From assembly GCA_965263355.1 (NCBI GenBank), contig CBDHHL010000056.1, forward strand, positions 672,001 to 736,000: 64,000 bases of DNA. Direction: 5' to 3'. The number at the start of each line of letters is the position of its first letter. The stretch's first letter is position 1. The notes below the pieces were generated by a model, which saw nothing but the letters and a program-made list of their open reading frames with translations, did no database searches and was not told the DNA's origin. The stretch is from Leptolyngbyaceae cyanobacterium. GTDB lineage: Bacteria > Cyanobacteriota > Cyanobacteriia > Phormidesmidales > Phormidesmidaceae. The translations under genes were made by a program, and so were the position numbers. Of this stretch, positions 49,139 to 59,749 are shown piece by piece.

Positions 49139-49980
49139 ATGAAAATTAAGTACCTTTCTACTCTTATTGCTGCCTCAATTGTTAGTGTTACCACTGTAAT
49201 TGCGCCTACTCAGTTTATTACTGCCCAAGCCAATCCTTGTGCAGCTACTGCCCAAGCTAACCCTTGCGCAGCGAATCCCTGTGCAGCGAATCCTTGCGCA
49301 GCTAACCCTTGTGCAGCTAACCCTTGTGCGGCGAATCCCTGTGCGGCGAATCCCTGTGCGGCTAACCCTTGTGCGGAATCCCTGTGCGGCTAACCCTTGT
49401 GCGGCGAATCCCTGTGCGGCGAATCCCTTGTGCGGCTAACCCTTGTGCGGCTAACCCTTGTGCGGCGAATCCCTGTGCGGCTAACCCTTGCGCAGCTAAC
49501 CCTTGTGCGACAGCAGCCAATCCTTGTGCAGCAGCGACAGCGTCTGATATCCCAGCTGTTTTTTCTGATCCTCAAGCGGACAACAATCTGGCGATCCGAG
49601 GCTATGACCCAGTAGCTTACTTTACAGCTGGTGCACCTGTTGAGGGGAGCAGCAGCTATGAGTATGAGTGGAATGGTGCTACCTGGCGTTTTTCTAGTGC
49701 CGCTAATAAAGCACTGTTTGCGGCTAATCCCGAAACCTATGCACCTCAGTATGGTGGCTATTGTGCTAAGGCCTTAAGTGAAGGCAATATTGCTTCAACC
49801 GTGCCTGAGGCCTGGGATATCGTTGATGGCAAGCTTTATCTAAATTACAGTCTGGATGTGCAGAAACAGTGGAAGGGAGATGTGCCTGGTAACATTGCTA
49901 AGGCTAATGCCCTATGGCCGAATATTCTAAATACTTCCAATGTTGTGTACTACGACACCGTTGGGGCTGTTTATTTCTAG
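49139..49980 (+). CDS. Secreted NPCAA-repeat plus YHS-domain protein, frameshifted within the repeat in this sequence
   Basis: Signal peptide (AQA); 19 NPC motifs; AIRGYDPVAYF, F.S..N...F..NP..YAPQYGGYCA, I.DGKLYLNY, I.KA...WP. Confidence 0.8.
49226..49533 (+). repeat. 15-bp tandem repeat (GCN AAY CCY TGY GCN)
   Basis: Read directly; units vary mainly at synonymous positions. Confidence 0.95.
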
Positions 49981-50050
49981 GTGGCTCATCTCTCGCTAGA
50001 GACAAGATTTTGTCGGAGGGCACAGCTATGTCCCCCGACAGTTTCTCTCT

Positions 50051-51082
50051 CTACGGGCTTTCGTTTAAGGCAAGCTCAATCAGATGGGGAACCTGTTGAA
50101 TCTGTTCTTCTGTCACCATTAAATTAGTCACAGCTCTGATGGCATTCTGCCCTACAGTCAAAACGTAAACGCCTTTTAACCTAAGGCGATCTACGAGTAC
50201 TTGAGCGGGCACTGTTTTGGTTTGAAAAACAACAATATTGGTCTCGACTGTTTTGGGATCAATCTCAATCCCAGGGATTGATTTTAGTCCTTGGGCTAAG
50301 GTCTGGGCATTGATGTGGTCTTCTTTGAGATGGGCTCGATGGTGTTTGAGGGCATAGATGGCTCCTGCGGCCATCATGCCAGCCTGACGCATGCCGCCGC
50401 CAAACATTTTGCGAAAACGTCGGGCCCGTTCGATAAAGTCTTTTGATCCGGCTAACATCGAGCCCATGGGGGCTCCTAATCCTTTGGAGAAACAAACGCT
50501 GACGGAGTCAAAGGCTCTGACGTAGTCTATTTCGGACGTATTGGTAGCGATACAGGCATTCCAAAGGCGGGCACCATCGAGGTGAAGTTTTAGACCATAC
50601 TGCTGACAGATTGATGCGATCGCATCGATCTCTGCCAACGGATAAATTTTGCCGCCGCCTCGATTATGGGTATTTTCCAGACAGACTAATTTGGTTTTGG
50701 GAAAGTGTACATCGTTAGGGCGTAGGACCTTTTCCAAATCCGCTGCGGTGAAAACGCCTCGATTCCCATCAATCAGACGACACATAACGCCTGAAAGGGC
50801 TGCTGGCGCTCCGCCCTCATAGTAGTAAATGTGGGCCTGGGACTCCAGGATCACCTCATCCCCAGGTTCCGTATGGGCCCGCAGTGCCACCTGATTGGTC
50901 ATCGTACCAGAGGGCATGTAGACCGCTGATTCTTTACCTAAAAGACCTGCGACAAATCGCTCCAACTGCTGCACCGTGGGATCGTCACCCAAAACATCGT
51001 CGCCCACCTCAGCAGTGGAAATGGCCTCTCTCATGCCATCGGTAGGTTGTGTAACTGTGTCACTTCTTAAATCAATTGGCAT
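50051..51082 (-). CDS. ltaE: Low-specificity L-threonine aldolase
   Basis: IDLRSDTVT.P, VGDDV..DPT, SGTM.NQ, LENTHN, HLDGARL.NA, CFSKGLGAP.GS. Confidence 0.95.
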   Translation of the reverse strand: MPIDLRSDTVTQPTDGMREAISTAEVGDDVLGDDPTVQQLERFVAGLLGKESAVYMPSGTMTNQVALRAHTEPGDEVILESQAHIYYYEGGAPAALSGVMCRLIDGNRGVFTAADLEKVLRPNDVHFPKTKLVCLENTHNRGGGKIYPLAEIDAIASICQQYGLKLHLDGARLWNACIATNTSEIDYVRAFDSVSVCFSKGLGAPMGSMLAGSKDFIERARRFRKMFGGGMRQAGMMAAGAIYALKHHRAHLKEDHINAQTLAQGLKSIPGIEIDPKTVETNIVVFQTKTVPAQVLVDRLRLKGVYVLTVGQNAIRAVTNLMVTEEQIQQVPHLIELALNESP

Positions 51083-51125
51083 GGGTTTGGGGGTATCCTA
51101 TGGGCCTTTTCTTGTCGGCAGACCG

Positions 51126-51566
51126 CTATAATCGGCAGGCTTCCTCGGGCTGACAGCGCTGGTTGCGTTGGGCAATGATGGTGGCTAAATCAGGACGACC
51201 CGTCAGTTTCAAACGCCAGTCGGCCCAAATGTCATAAAACTTGTCTACCAGAGGACCAAGGAGAGGCCATTGGGTCGGTGCATACATCCAGCCAATCCCT
51301 AGCACCGTATACACCTGGCGAAACACCTCGATATTTTGAATCACACTACCATCGGGTAGAACCGCGTGAATACGGTCCATGGCTGCTTCAAAGGAAACAC
51401 CACCATTGGCAGCTGGATCGTAATCGTCAGCTGCAATGTCTGTAAACGATACTAAACCACGACCATTGTCTTTCTTTTGCAAGAAATTCACCTCGCGCAG
51501 ACACAAGGGGCAATCGCCGTCGTAAAGCAGCTTAACTTTCCAGTCGGTCATGGAGATGAGGTTCAA
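51126..51566 (-). CDS. DCC-family thiol-disulfide oxidoreductase (DUF393)
   Basis: LLYDGDCPLC.REV; start could be 51551. Confidence 0.9.
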   Translation of the reverse strand: MNLISMTDWKVKLLYDGDCPLCLREVNFLQKKDNGRGLVSFTDIAADDYDPAANGGVSFEAAMDRIHAVLPDGSVIQNIEVFRQVYTVLGIGWMYAPTQWPLLGPLVDKFYDIWADWRLKLTGRPDLATIIAQRNQRCQPEEACRL

Positions 51567-51825
51567 TGGGGTTTGTGTACACTGGTAGTCTAAATTGGTT
51601 TGTTAATTCTTGCTGGCGAGGGGTTGCCATGAGCGCCATAATCCTTAACTGGCCCAAAGGGGAGTCAGTAGATCGGGGATAATACTAGCCAGACCATAAA
51701 ATTCTTTCAGCTGATAACGGCATTGATCCGAAATTCTAGGTAATCTAAACTGCAATCTCCACCAAAAGAACTGCAGAAATCCAGTAATTTCGCTATTGAA
51801 TCATTGAATTATTCAATTTCCTTTC

Positions 51826-52704
51826 ATGTCCCTTGTCGCCTTCCTTGGAGCTATTGAAACCGGTTTGCTCTATGGCTTTCTAAGCCTTGGAGTTTACCTT
51901 TCGTTTCGAGTACTCAAGTTTCCTGATCTGACGGTAGACGGTAGTTTTCCCCTGGGGGCAGCGGTGGTGGCCACCCTGATTACCCAAGGTGTAAATCCTT
52001 GGATGGCTACCGTCGTTGCCATGGTAGCCGGGGCGTTAGCTGGGCTATGCACCGCCATTCTGAGTGTGCGGTTTAATATCCTTAACTTGTTGGCCAGCAT
52101 TCTTACTATGATTGCGCTTTATTCCATTAATTTGCGCATTATGGGACGGCCCAATGTACCTTTGCTGAATAAAGCTACGCTGTTTGATGGTTTGGAGTCC
52201 ATTGTGCCTATCTGGGTTCTTTTGCTGGTAGGTCTAGGGGTAACCAAACTGCTGCTCGACTTTTTTCTGACGTCGGACTTAGGGCTGGCGATGCGGGCAA
52301 CGGGAATGAATCCGGTGATGGCCAGTGCCCAAGGCATTTTTGCTGACCGGCTGATTTTGCTGGGTATGGCTATGAGCAATGCTCTGGCGGCGTTATCAGG
52401 CGCTTTGTTTGCCCAGGTAAATGGGTTTGCAGATGTGTCTTTGGGAGTGGGTACAGTCGTGGTTGGTTTAGCTACGGTGATTTTAGGGGAAGCGATTTTT
52501 CCTAGTCGCACGGTGCGCTGGGCGACGCTGGCGGTCGTTTTGGGCTGTCTTATTTATCGTTTGGTGATTGCTGTGGCTCTAAATGCTGATTTTCTGGGGT
52601 TACGGGCCCAGGATCTAAATCTGGTGACGGCTATTATTGTGGTGATGGCGTTAGTGTTGCCTAAGGTGACTGTGTTGGCGAAATTTAAGACCATTGACCA
52701 TTGA
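51826..52704 (+). CDS. ABC transporter permease
   Basis: FPDLTVDGSF.LG, G..MRATG.N, G.G..V.GLA.VI.GE. Confidence 0.9.
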   Translation: MSLVAFLGAIETGLLYGFLSLGVYLSFRVLKFPDLTVDGSFPLGAAVVATLITQGVNPWMATVVAMVAGALAGLCTAILSVRFNILNLLASILTMIALYSINLRIMGRPNVPLLNKATLFDGLESIVPIWVLLLVGLGVTKLLLDFFLTSDLGLAMRATGMNPVMASAQGIFADRLILLGMAMSNALAALSGALFAQVNGFADVSLGVGTVVVGLATVILGEAIFPSRTVRWATLAVVLGCLIYRLVIAVALNADFLGLRAQDLNLVTAIIVVMALVLPKVTVLAKFKTIDH

Positions 52705-52797
52705 CCATTGCTGTGGTTTGTTGGGTTTCGTGCCTCTGCCTACGGCCCATTGACCATTGCTGTGGTTTGTTGGGTTTCGTGCCTCTACCCAACCTAC
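52698..52797. repeat. 40-bp direct repeat with GACCATT short tandem repeats and a REP-like palindrome
   Basis: 52698-52737 equals 52747-52786; TTGGGTTTCGTGCCTCTACCCAACCTAC. Confidence 0.8.
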
Positions 52798-52816
52798 GGT
52801 TTACGGTTTATTGCCT

Positions 52817-53602
52817 ATGATTTCCCTGACCGATATTTATGTCACGTTTAATTCTGGGACGCCGTTGGCTAAACCGGCGTTATTGGGGATTAATTTGGAT
52901 ATTGTGGCTGGGGAATTTATTACGGTAATCGGTAGTAATGGGGCGGGTAAATCTACGCTGCTTAATATTATTAGTGGTGATAATCGGTGTGACCGGGGAC
53001 GGATCGCCGTTGATGCTCAGGATGTGACGGCTTGGCCAACGGCCCGACGGGCTGCTCTGGTGTCGCGGGTGTTTCAAAATCCCCTGGCTGGGTCCTGTGC
53101 TGATTTGACTATTGAAGAAAATTTGGTACTCGCGCTTCGGCGGGGCCAGCTACGGGGGCTGAGACCAGCTCTCAATCATCGTTTGCGGGATCAGTTTCGG
53201 GCGCGGTTAGCCAGTTTAGAGTTGGGGTTAGAAAATCGACTTTGCGATCGCATCGGTTTACTATCCGGTGGTCAACGTCAGGCTATAAGCCTAGTCATGG
53301 CCACCCTGGCCCCAGCCAAAATCCTATTACTCGATGAACATACCGCCGCCCTAGACCCCAAAACAGCCCATTTCATCATGCAGCTCACGGACCAACTTGT
53401 AAACGAGCATCGCCTAACCACCCTAATGGTGACCCACAGCATGCGTCAGGCCCTATCCGTAGGTAACCGGCTGCTGATGCTCCACGAAGGCCGGGTTGTC
53501 TTTGATGCCGACTCATCCGAGAAAGCGCATCTTTCCGTTAATAATCTCCTGGAACGCTTTGCTAGTGATGGTCTGAGTGACGATAGTCTGTTGCTGAGCT
53601 AA
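52817..53602 (+). CDS. ABC transporter ATP-binding protein
   Basis: GSNGAGKS, LSGGQRQ, LLLDEHTAALDP, MVTH. Confidence 0.93.
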   Translation: MISLTDIYVTFNSGTPLAKPALLGINLDIVAGEFITVIGSNGAGKSTLLNIISGDNRCDRGRIAVDAQDVTAWPTARRAALVSRVFQNPLAGSCADLTIEENLVLALRRGQLRGLRPALNHRLRDQFRARLASLELGLENRLCDRIGLLSGGQRQAISLVMATLAPAKILLLDEHTAALDPKTAHFIMQLTDQLVNEHRLTTLMVTHSMRQALSVGNRLLMLHEGRVVFDADSSEKAHLSVNNLLERFASDGLSDDSLLLS

Positions 53603-54209
53603 TGGGGCACAGGCGTCAGGGTAAACAAAGCAATCGCTTATCAAGCTGTTAACATACCGTGACTTAAATTTGCAAAAACTGGCTCAAAATACCGCAGATT
53701 GAGTCTAAAAACTTAATCTGATAGGTCGTATTTATTTAACTTCATTAAAAAATACTTAACGACTTAACGATGCTTTTGTCACGATTGATGCAGCCTAGTC
53801 CATATAAATCAGGTATTCTATGACTCAATTGATAGGGGACAGTCAGGTAAGATTAAAAAATCTACTAGAGGAATAATTCTATCTCTAATAAAAGTTACAT
53901 TACTTAAAATATGCTAATCTGGGTTTACTAGAGAGCGGCATTACTATTTCTGTTCAGTAGTCCGTACAATTTTCTTGATCTATCTAATTTATCTGTGTAC
54001 TTGTAACCGTCGTTTATGTAGTTGTCTCAATATCTGCAAACGTTCTTTGTTATTGCGAAACATCCTTCGGTTTCGATGCGACTGGTGTTTCAAGAGTTTT
54101 CAGATATATTTCATTTCGCATTTGTTTGCGTTTCATCTGTTTATTTAATTTTTCCCACCCTGGTTAAGGGGCATTGATTTCTCTCTGTAGTTTGTGATTT
54201 AGCATATCT

Positions 54210-55166
54210 ATGAAAGCTGCTCAAACATCCAGCGATTTGGTTCGCACATATCTCAAGGAAATTGGGCGAGTACCGCTGTTAACCCATGAGCAAGAAGTTG
54301 TCTATGGAAAGCAGGTACAAAGACTCGTCACTCTTCACGGTTACAGAACTGAGCTTCAGGAAAGTCTGGGATGTCAGCCTAGTAAGTCGGAATGGGCTAA
54401 GGCTGCTGGTGTTTCTGTTGATGAGTTAACTAAGGCCATTAATGCTGGCGAACTAGCCAAGCGTCGCATGGTAGAAGCTAACCTGCGTTTAGTTGTGTCA
54501 GTGGCCAAGAAGTATATTAAGCGTAATGTGGACTTGCTGGACTTGATTCAGGAAGGCACCATCGGCATGCAGCGTGGGGTGGAAAAGTTTGACCCACTCA
54601 AAGGGTACCGTTTTTCCACCTATGCCTACTGGTGGATTCGACAAGCCATTACTCGTGCTATTGCGGAGAAGAGTCGTACTATCCGTTTACCGATTCATAT
54701 TACAGAGAAGCTCAACAAGATTAAGAAAGCTCAACGTCAGTTATCCCAAAAGCTAGGGCGGGCTGCGACTGTTGCTGAACTGGCGGAAGAGGTACAACTT
54801 ACGCCTAAGCAGGTTAGGGACTACTTAGAAAAGTCTCGTACGCCCCTTTCTTTGGATCTGCGTATTGGTGATAACCAAGATACAAATCTGGGTGACTTGT
54901 TGGAGGATCCGGGACAGTCACCTGAAGACTATGCTACTCAATCTCTGCTGCGTAAGGATCTCGATGTCCTGATGGCAGAATTAACCCCACAGCAGCAGCG
55001 TGTGTTAAATCTGCGATTTGGTTTAGATGATGGCAAGCACATGACCTTGGCAAAAATTGGAGAGATATTGAGCATTAGCCGTGAGCGGGTGCGTCAAATC
55101 GAGCGAGAAGCACTAACTCGGTTACGCAAGCGTCAGGCTGATATGCGTGAGTACTTGGCTAGCTAA
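54210..55166 (+). CDS. sigD: Group 2 sigma factor (SigD/RpoD3-like)
   Basis: [62 protein letters not shown]; the SigD paralog assignment is less certain than the family. Confidence 0.8.
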   Translation: MKAAQTSSDLVRTYLKEIGRVPLLTHEQEVVYGKQVQRLVTLHGYRTELQESLGCQPSKSEWAKAAGVSVDELTKAINAGELAKRRMVEANLRLVVSVAKKYIKRNVDLLDLIQEGTIGMQRGVEKFDPLKGYRFSTYAYWWIRQAITRAIAEKSRTIRLPIHITEKLNKIKKAQRQLSQKLGRAATVAELAEEVQLTPKQVRDYLEKSRTPLSLDLRIGDNQDTNLGDLLEDPGQSPEDYATQSLLRKDLDVLMAELTPQQQRVLNLRFGLDDGKHMTLAKIGEILSISRERVRQIEREALTRLRKRQADMREYLAS

Positions 55167-56108
55167 ATGGTAAAACTTGTTCCCAATGGTCCTGAAATTT
55201 CGCCGTTAGGCGTGGGCACCTGGTCCTGGGGAGATTCTTTATTTTGGCAGTACGGCAAAGGCTATGGTGCCAGCGATGTACAGCAGGCATTTGCCGCTTC
55301 TCTGGCCGTAGGTGTAACCTTCTTTGATACGGCTGAGATTTATGGGTTAGGTAAATCTGAAGAGCTGTTGGGGCAATTTATCCAGGCGACCGAGACGCCA
55401 GTGGTCGTAGCGACCAAGTATTTCCCATTGCCCTGGCGATTTAATGCCCAAGCAGTGGCGGATGCGCTGACGGCTAGTCTAAAGCGATTGCAACTACCAA
55501 CGGTGGCACTCTATCAAGTCCATTGGCCCTTTGATTTTTTGATGGGGCAAAAAACATTGATGAATGCTCTGGCGGATGAAGTTAAGCAGGGTCGCATTCA
55601 GTCCATTGGGGTGAGTAATTATTCCGCTAGCCAGATGCATCAGGCCCATGGTTATCTGGCTGAGCGAGGAATTCCCCTGGCGGTTAATCAGGTGCAATAT
55701 TCTCTTTTGCATCGCAAGCCTGAATCTAATGGGGTGCTTGATGCTGCTAAAGATCTAGGCATGACAATTTTGGCCTACAGTCCGCTGGCCCAAGGTTTGG
55801 TGACTGGCAAGTATACGGTGGAGAACTATCAGCCACCTACGGGAGCACGTCGCCTTGACCCACGGTTTAGTAAAGACGGTTTGCGCAAAATTGAACCAGT
55901 GATTGCGGTGCTTCAAGACCTGGGGCAGCAGTACAATAAAACCTCTGCCCAAGTTGCCCTTAACTGGCTCATGGGTCAGGGTGATGTAGTACCGATTCCA
56001 GGGGCAAAAAATGCTCAGCAGGCAGAGCAAAATGCGGCTGCCCTAGGGTGGTCAATGACCTCGGCAGAGCGAGAACAGATTAGAGCTGTGACTGAACCCT
56101 GGCTTTAG
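55167..56108 (+). CDS. Aldo/keto reductase
   Basis: LGVGTW, FDTAEIYG.G.SE, GVSNY, AYSPLAQG, PIPGAK. Confidence 0.93.
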   Translation: MVKLVPNGPEISPLGVGTWSWGDSLFWQYGKGYGASDVQQAFAASLAVGVTFFDTAEIYGLGKSEELLGQFIQATETPVVVATKYFPLPWRFNAQAVADALTASLKRLQLPTVALYQVHWPFDFLMGQKTLMNALADEVKQGRIQSIGVSNYSASQMHQAHGYLAERGIPLAVNQVQYSLLHRKPESNGVLDAAKDLGMTILAYSPLAQGLVTGKYTVENYQPPTGARRLDPRFSKDGLRKIEPVIAVLQDLGQQYNKTSAQVALNWLMGQGDVVPIPGAKNAQQAEQNAAALGWSMTSAEREQIRAVTEPWL

Positions 56109-56382
56109 ACAGGAATTCTAAATTCGGTCATGTCCCATAGGAAATCGGATTACCTGCGACCGATATTCCAGGGCGGACACAAGGCACCGCACCTACCAGG
56201 TTGGTTTTCTATTTAAAATCGAAGGGCATCCACAAGGGAGTGCCCCTACGGGATTGTCCATTTTTAATCGGGTTTAATGAATTCGGATTTGGTGTAACTT
56301 CTGCATTTCGTAGAGCTTTGCTCTTCTCGCAGAGTATTTCGCATTCTAACCCAGCCAAGATTTCCCGACTAATGTTGATACC

Positions 56383-58746
56383 CTATAGTTGCTTAATCGG
56401 CAGCGTAATGGTGAAAGTTGTTCCCTGGCCCGGTGCAGTATCGTAATTGATGGTGCCACCATGGGTTTCAGTAATAATTTGATAGCTGATCGATAGACCG
56501 AGACCGCTGCCTTTTCCCACTGGTTTAGTCGTAAAGAAGGGATCAAAAATGTGTTCGATGGCACGCTGATGGATGCCTGGACCATTGTCGCAAATTGCGA
56601 TCGCAACTGCCGGATGCGTTAACTGCCCCAGCAACTGAGTCCAAATTTTAATCGTACTGGGCTCCTGTTCCATCTGTTGCCAAGTGCGATGTTTATCCCG
56701 CTCTTCCAAAGCATCCACCGCATTGCTCAACAGGTTCATAAAGACCTGATTGAGTTGGCCAGCATAACATTCAATTTTTGGTAGCTGGCCATACTCTTTG
56801 AACACTTGAATGGCTGGACGCCAGGGTTGGGCCCTTAGCCGGGTTTTCAAAATAGTCAGCGTACTATCTAGACCGTCATGCAGATCTACCTGCTTAATTT
56901 CCGCCTCATCTAGACGAGAAAACAACCGTAGGGATTTGACGATCTCTCGGATGCGTTCAGTCCCCACTTCCATGGATTGAAACAGTTTTGGCAAATCATC
57001 CTTTAGAAAGTCCAATTCGATATCATGGATGGTGGCCTGAATATCAGGGTGGGCGTTGGGATAATGAGATTGATAACGCTCAATTAGAGTGACTAAACCC
57101 TGGGTATAGTTCTTAGCATGGACGAGATTTCCATAGATAAAACTCACCGGATTATTAATCTCATGGGCTACCCCTGCTACCATTTGTCCAAGGCTAGACA
57201 TTTTTGCGCTTTGTACTAATTGAGATTGGGTTTTTTGTAGCCGAATAAGCAGTGTTTCTAATTCTTTATTGGACGTCAGCAGTGCTTGTTCAACCTGCAT
57301 ACGTTCTATTTCTGCCCCTGCCCGTGCTGCAAAAATCTCTAAAATAAATGCCTGCAATTCTCTCTCCGGCCCCATAGGATCAGTGTCAACGACCGAAATA
57401 AATCCTAAGAGATTGCCGCTAGAATCTGAAACTGGAACACCAATATAACTTTCGGCACCGAGGACGACAAGAAGACCTTCTTCAGGAAATTGTTTTTGAA
57501 CGGAATGCTCATAACGACAGATCTCATGGGTCTGAACGATTTTAGAGCAGGGATTGTTTACTAAAACATACTGAAAATTATCACCAAACTCTGAATTGTT
57601 CCAAAATGCCAGGGTTCTAGCAAATTTTTGATCTGCTTCTTGAACAACTTCAGCAATCAGCGCATAGCGGCCATCAAGGGCTAAGGCTAAATGTTTAACA
57701 CAGGCTTGAAAAAAAGCTTCGCCAGTTTGGGTAGCAGTGCCTTCTACAATCAGGCGCAGCGCCTGCTCCTGACGTTTACGTTCAGCGTCCAGTTGGATGC
57801 GCTCACGGATATCTTGTAAAACGCATAGGGCATGAAGTTTTCCTTGATACAGATAAGGAATTCCCCTAATTTCAAGCTCAATGAAACTGCCATCACGATG
57901 AACATTCTTCGTTTGCCCCATATAGATATCGCCCGTTTGCACAACTGCGATCAATTCTTGGTAAACGTACTGAAATTCTGGATGGATATAGGTTTCAGGT
58001 GGTAGATAGATAAAGTCTTGATAGGGATAACCATGCATTTGGTAGTAGGCCGGATTGGCTTCTATCAATTCTCCAGTTTCCAGATTTAGAATCCCTAGAC
58101 CATCGGTAACCGTTTCAAAAATTTGTTGATATTGAGCTTGTTGCTGATGTAATCGTTCCTCAGCCTGTTTTCGACCGGTGATGTCGCGTGATACCCCAAC
58201 CGTTAAGCTAATCTCTCCTTGAGAATTGCGAATGGCAGATTTAATTGTGTTAAAGTGTCGGACTTCGCCATCATGGCGAGTAATCGGTTCTTCTACTTCA
58301 ATCGATTGCCCGGATGTAAACACATAGGCATCGTCACGAATATATTGTTGCGTGTAATCAGGGTCATTAAAATCAGCATCAATCAGGTCTTGGAGCTCGT
58401 CATTGCCCATATCGTAGTAGCTTCGAAATGCCTGATTGGCCCAGACGATATGGGAATTTTCACGCTTCACTAGTACCATATCGGTAATAGAGTCAAGTAT
58501 TTTATGAGCTGTAGTATCCATAAGTGTTCCTGAAACACCTATAACGGCACCTTGGGAATCATGCAGTTGTGTCTGCAGACTCTGTAGCTCATTACGTACA
58601 TCCTGAAGTGCTTGGGTTGTTTGCTGGTGTGCTTTTTGCTCGTTAGCTAATTGCTCTTGCAGGCGTTGGTTAACGGCCTCTAGCTCCCCCATTCGTTGCT
58701 GATAATTTTCCAGATTTTTATCCATCAGTATTTTGAATATGAGCAA
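56383..58746 (-). CDS. PAS-PAS-GAF sensor histidine kinase
   Basis: SRDIT.RK and QDI.ER PAC ends; [31 protein letters not shown]. Confidence 0.92.
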   Translation of the reverse strand: MLIFKILMDKNLENYQQRMGELEAVNQRLQEQLANEQKAHQQTTQALQDVRNELQSLQTQLHDSQGAVIGVSGTLMDTTAHKILDSITDMVLVKRENSHIVWANQAFRSYYDMGNDELQDLIDADFNDPDYTQQYIRDDAYVFTSGQSIEVEEPITRHDGEVRHFNTIKSAIRNSQGEISLTVGVSRDITGRKQAEERLHQQQAQYQQIFETVTDGLGILNLETGELIEANPAYYQMHGYPYQDFIYLPPETYIHPEFQYVYQELIAVVQTGDIYMGQTKNVHRDGSFIELEIRGIPYLYQGKLHALCVLQDIRERIQLDAERKRQEQALRLIVEGTATQTGEAFFQACVKHLALALDGRYALIAEVVQEADQKFARTLAFWNNSEFGDNFQYVLVNNPCSKIVQTHEICRYEHSVQKQFPEEGLLVVLGAESYIGVPVSDSSGNLLGFISVVDTDPMGPERELQAFILEIFAARAGAEIERMQVEQALLTSNKELETLLIRLQKTQSQLVQSAKMSSLGQMVAGVAHEINNPVSFIYGNLVHAKNYTQGLVTLIERYQSHYPNAHPDIQATIHDIELDFLKDDLPKLFQSMEVGTERIREIVKSLRLFSRLDEAEIKQVDLHDGLDSTLTILKTRLRAQPWRPAIQVFKEYGQLPKIECYAGQLNQVFMNLLSNAVDALEERDKHRTWQQMEQEPSTIKIWTQLLGQLTHPAVAIAICDNGPGIHQRAIEHIFDPFFTTKPVGKGSGLGLSISYQIITETHGGTINYDTAPGQGTTFTITLPIKQL

Positions 58747-58929
58747 GCCAGTTCAATGGTTAGCTAGTCGATAGGCAAATGCATTATCAAATAGATTTTT
58801 GACTATCAAAAAATAATAAAATTTATGATGGCTTTAGAGCGGACTTATTCAAGTATTGAAGCTGTATGGGGAGATTGAGTTCCTTTTTACTGGGTTACAT
58901 CACTGATCAACCATGTTAGGGCATACACA

Positions 58930-59730
58930 ATGACAATAAATACATTGACAGAGGGCAAAACTCAGGACGTTTACGGTGTTTTGAGTCAGACTCAACGCCA
59001 GCGGGTTAGTGATGGTATCGAGTCTACATTGCTAACAACTGCGACCAAGCAGCTGGTACTGGTTTGGCCCCAGCTGGGTGACTTTGATAGTTTGGAATAT
59101 GCCTGGTGGCTGCAACGGGGTGCTAGGGAGCTGGCGGCCAAGGGCTTCACTGTAAGGGCGGTTGGTATTGGCGATCGCAACTCAGGCAAAGCGTTTTGTG
59201 ACTATACAGGCTTTCCCGAAGAGTCGCTGCTGTTAGACCCAGACGCTACCCTCCACAAGCAATTGGGCCTTTACCCAGGTCTGACACTTGCCATACCCGG
59301 ATTAAATCAGCGTCAGAATGCCTGGTTAAATCTGTTGCTGATGTGTGCAGGCATTGGCAGTCCTGGGACGCTGTCGGAAGTATTTCGAGGGTATTTGGGC
59401 GATCGCAATGCGCCCCAGCTGATTGAGGAGGATGAAATAGTCCAGGCAATGCCACTGCCACCGATTAAGGGAAAATTCTTTAATCGGGCTGGGGGCAAGG
59501 GTTTTCAGCGACCGTTTGAGTTGGCCACACTACGCCTACGAAATATGGTGGAAGTGTTGGGCAAATGGACGACCTATGTGCCAGACGTGAGTCACATTAC
59601 CCAGCGTGGGGCCACCTATGTGATTGTCAATAGTGCGGTAGTTTATGGGCATTGCGATCGCAACATTCTGGGGTTTGCCGCCAACATGAGTCGTCCCCTA
59701 TCATTTCTAGATGAGTTAGAAATACCTTAG
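58930..59730 (+). CDS. Peroxiredoxin-like (AhpC-TSA_2) family protein
   Basis: QLGDFDS.EY, MCAGIGSPGTL.EV.RGY, RPFELATLRL.NM, TQRG.T. Confidence 0.8.
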   Translation: MTINTLTEGKTQDVYGVLSQTQRQRVSDGIESTLLTTATKQLVLVWPQLGDFDSLEYAWWLQRGARELAAKGFTVRAVGIGDRNSGKAFCDYTGFPEESLLLDPDATLHKQLGLYPGLTLAIPGLNQRQNAWLNLLLMCAGIGSPGTLSEVFRGYLGDRNAPQLIEEDEIVQAMPLPPIKGKFFNRAGGKGFQRPFELATLRLRNMVEVLGKWTTYVPDVSHITQRGATYVIVNSAVVYGHCDRNILGFAANMSRPLSFLDELEIP

Positions 59731-59749
59731 AAACATCGATGTGCCCCAG

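Noticed and set aside
49226..49533. CRISPR-like appearance of the 15-bp repeats
   Set aside because: No spacers; the variation is codon-synonymous; no cas genes
56169..56250. Two short GGGC...CCTAC palindromes
   Set aside because: Degenerate REP-like repeats common in cyanobacterial intergenic DNA; nothing distinctive
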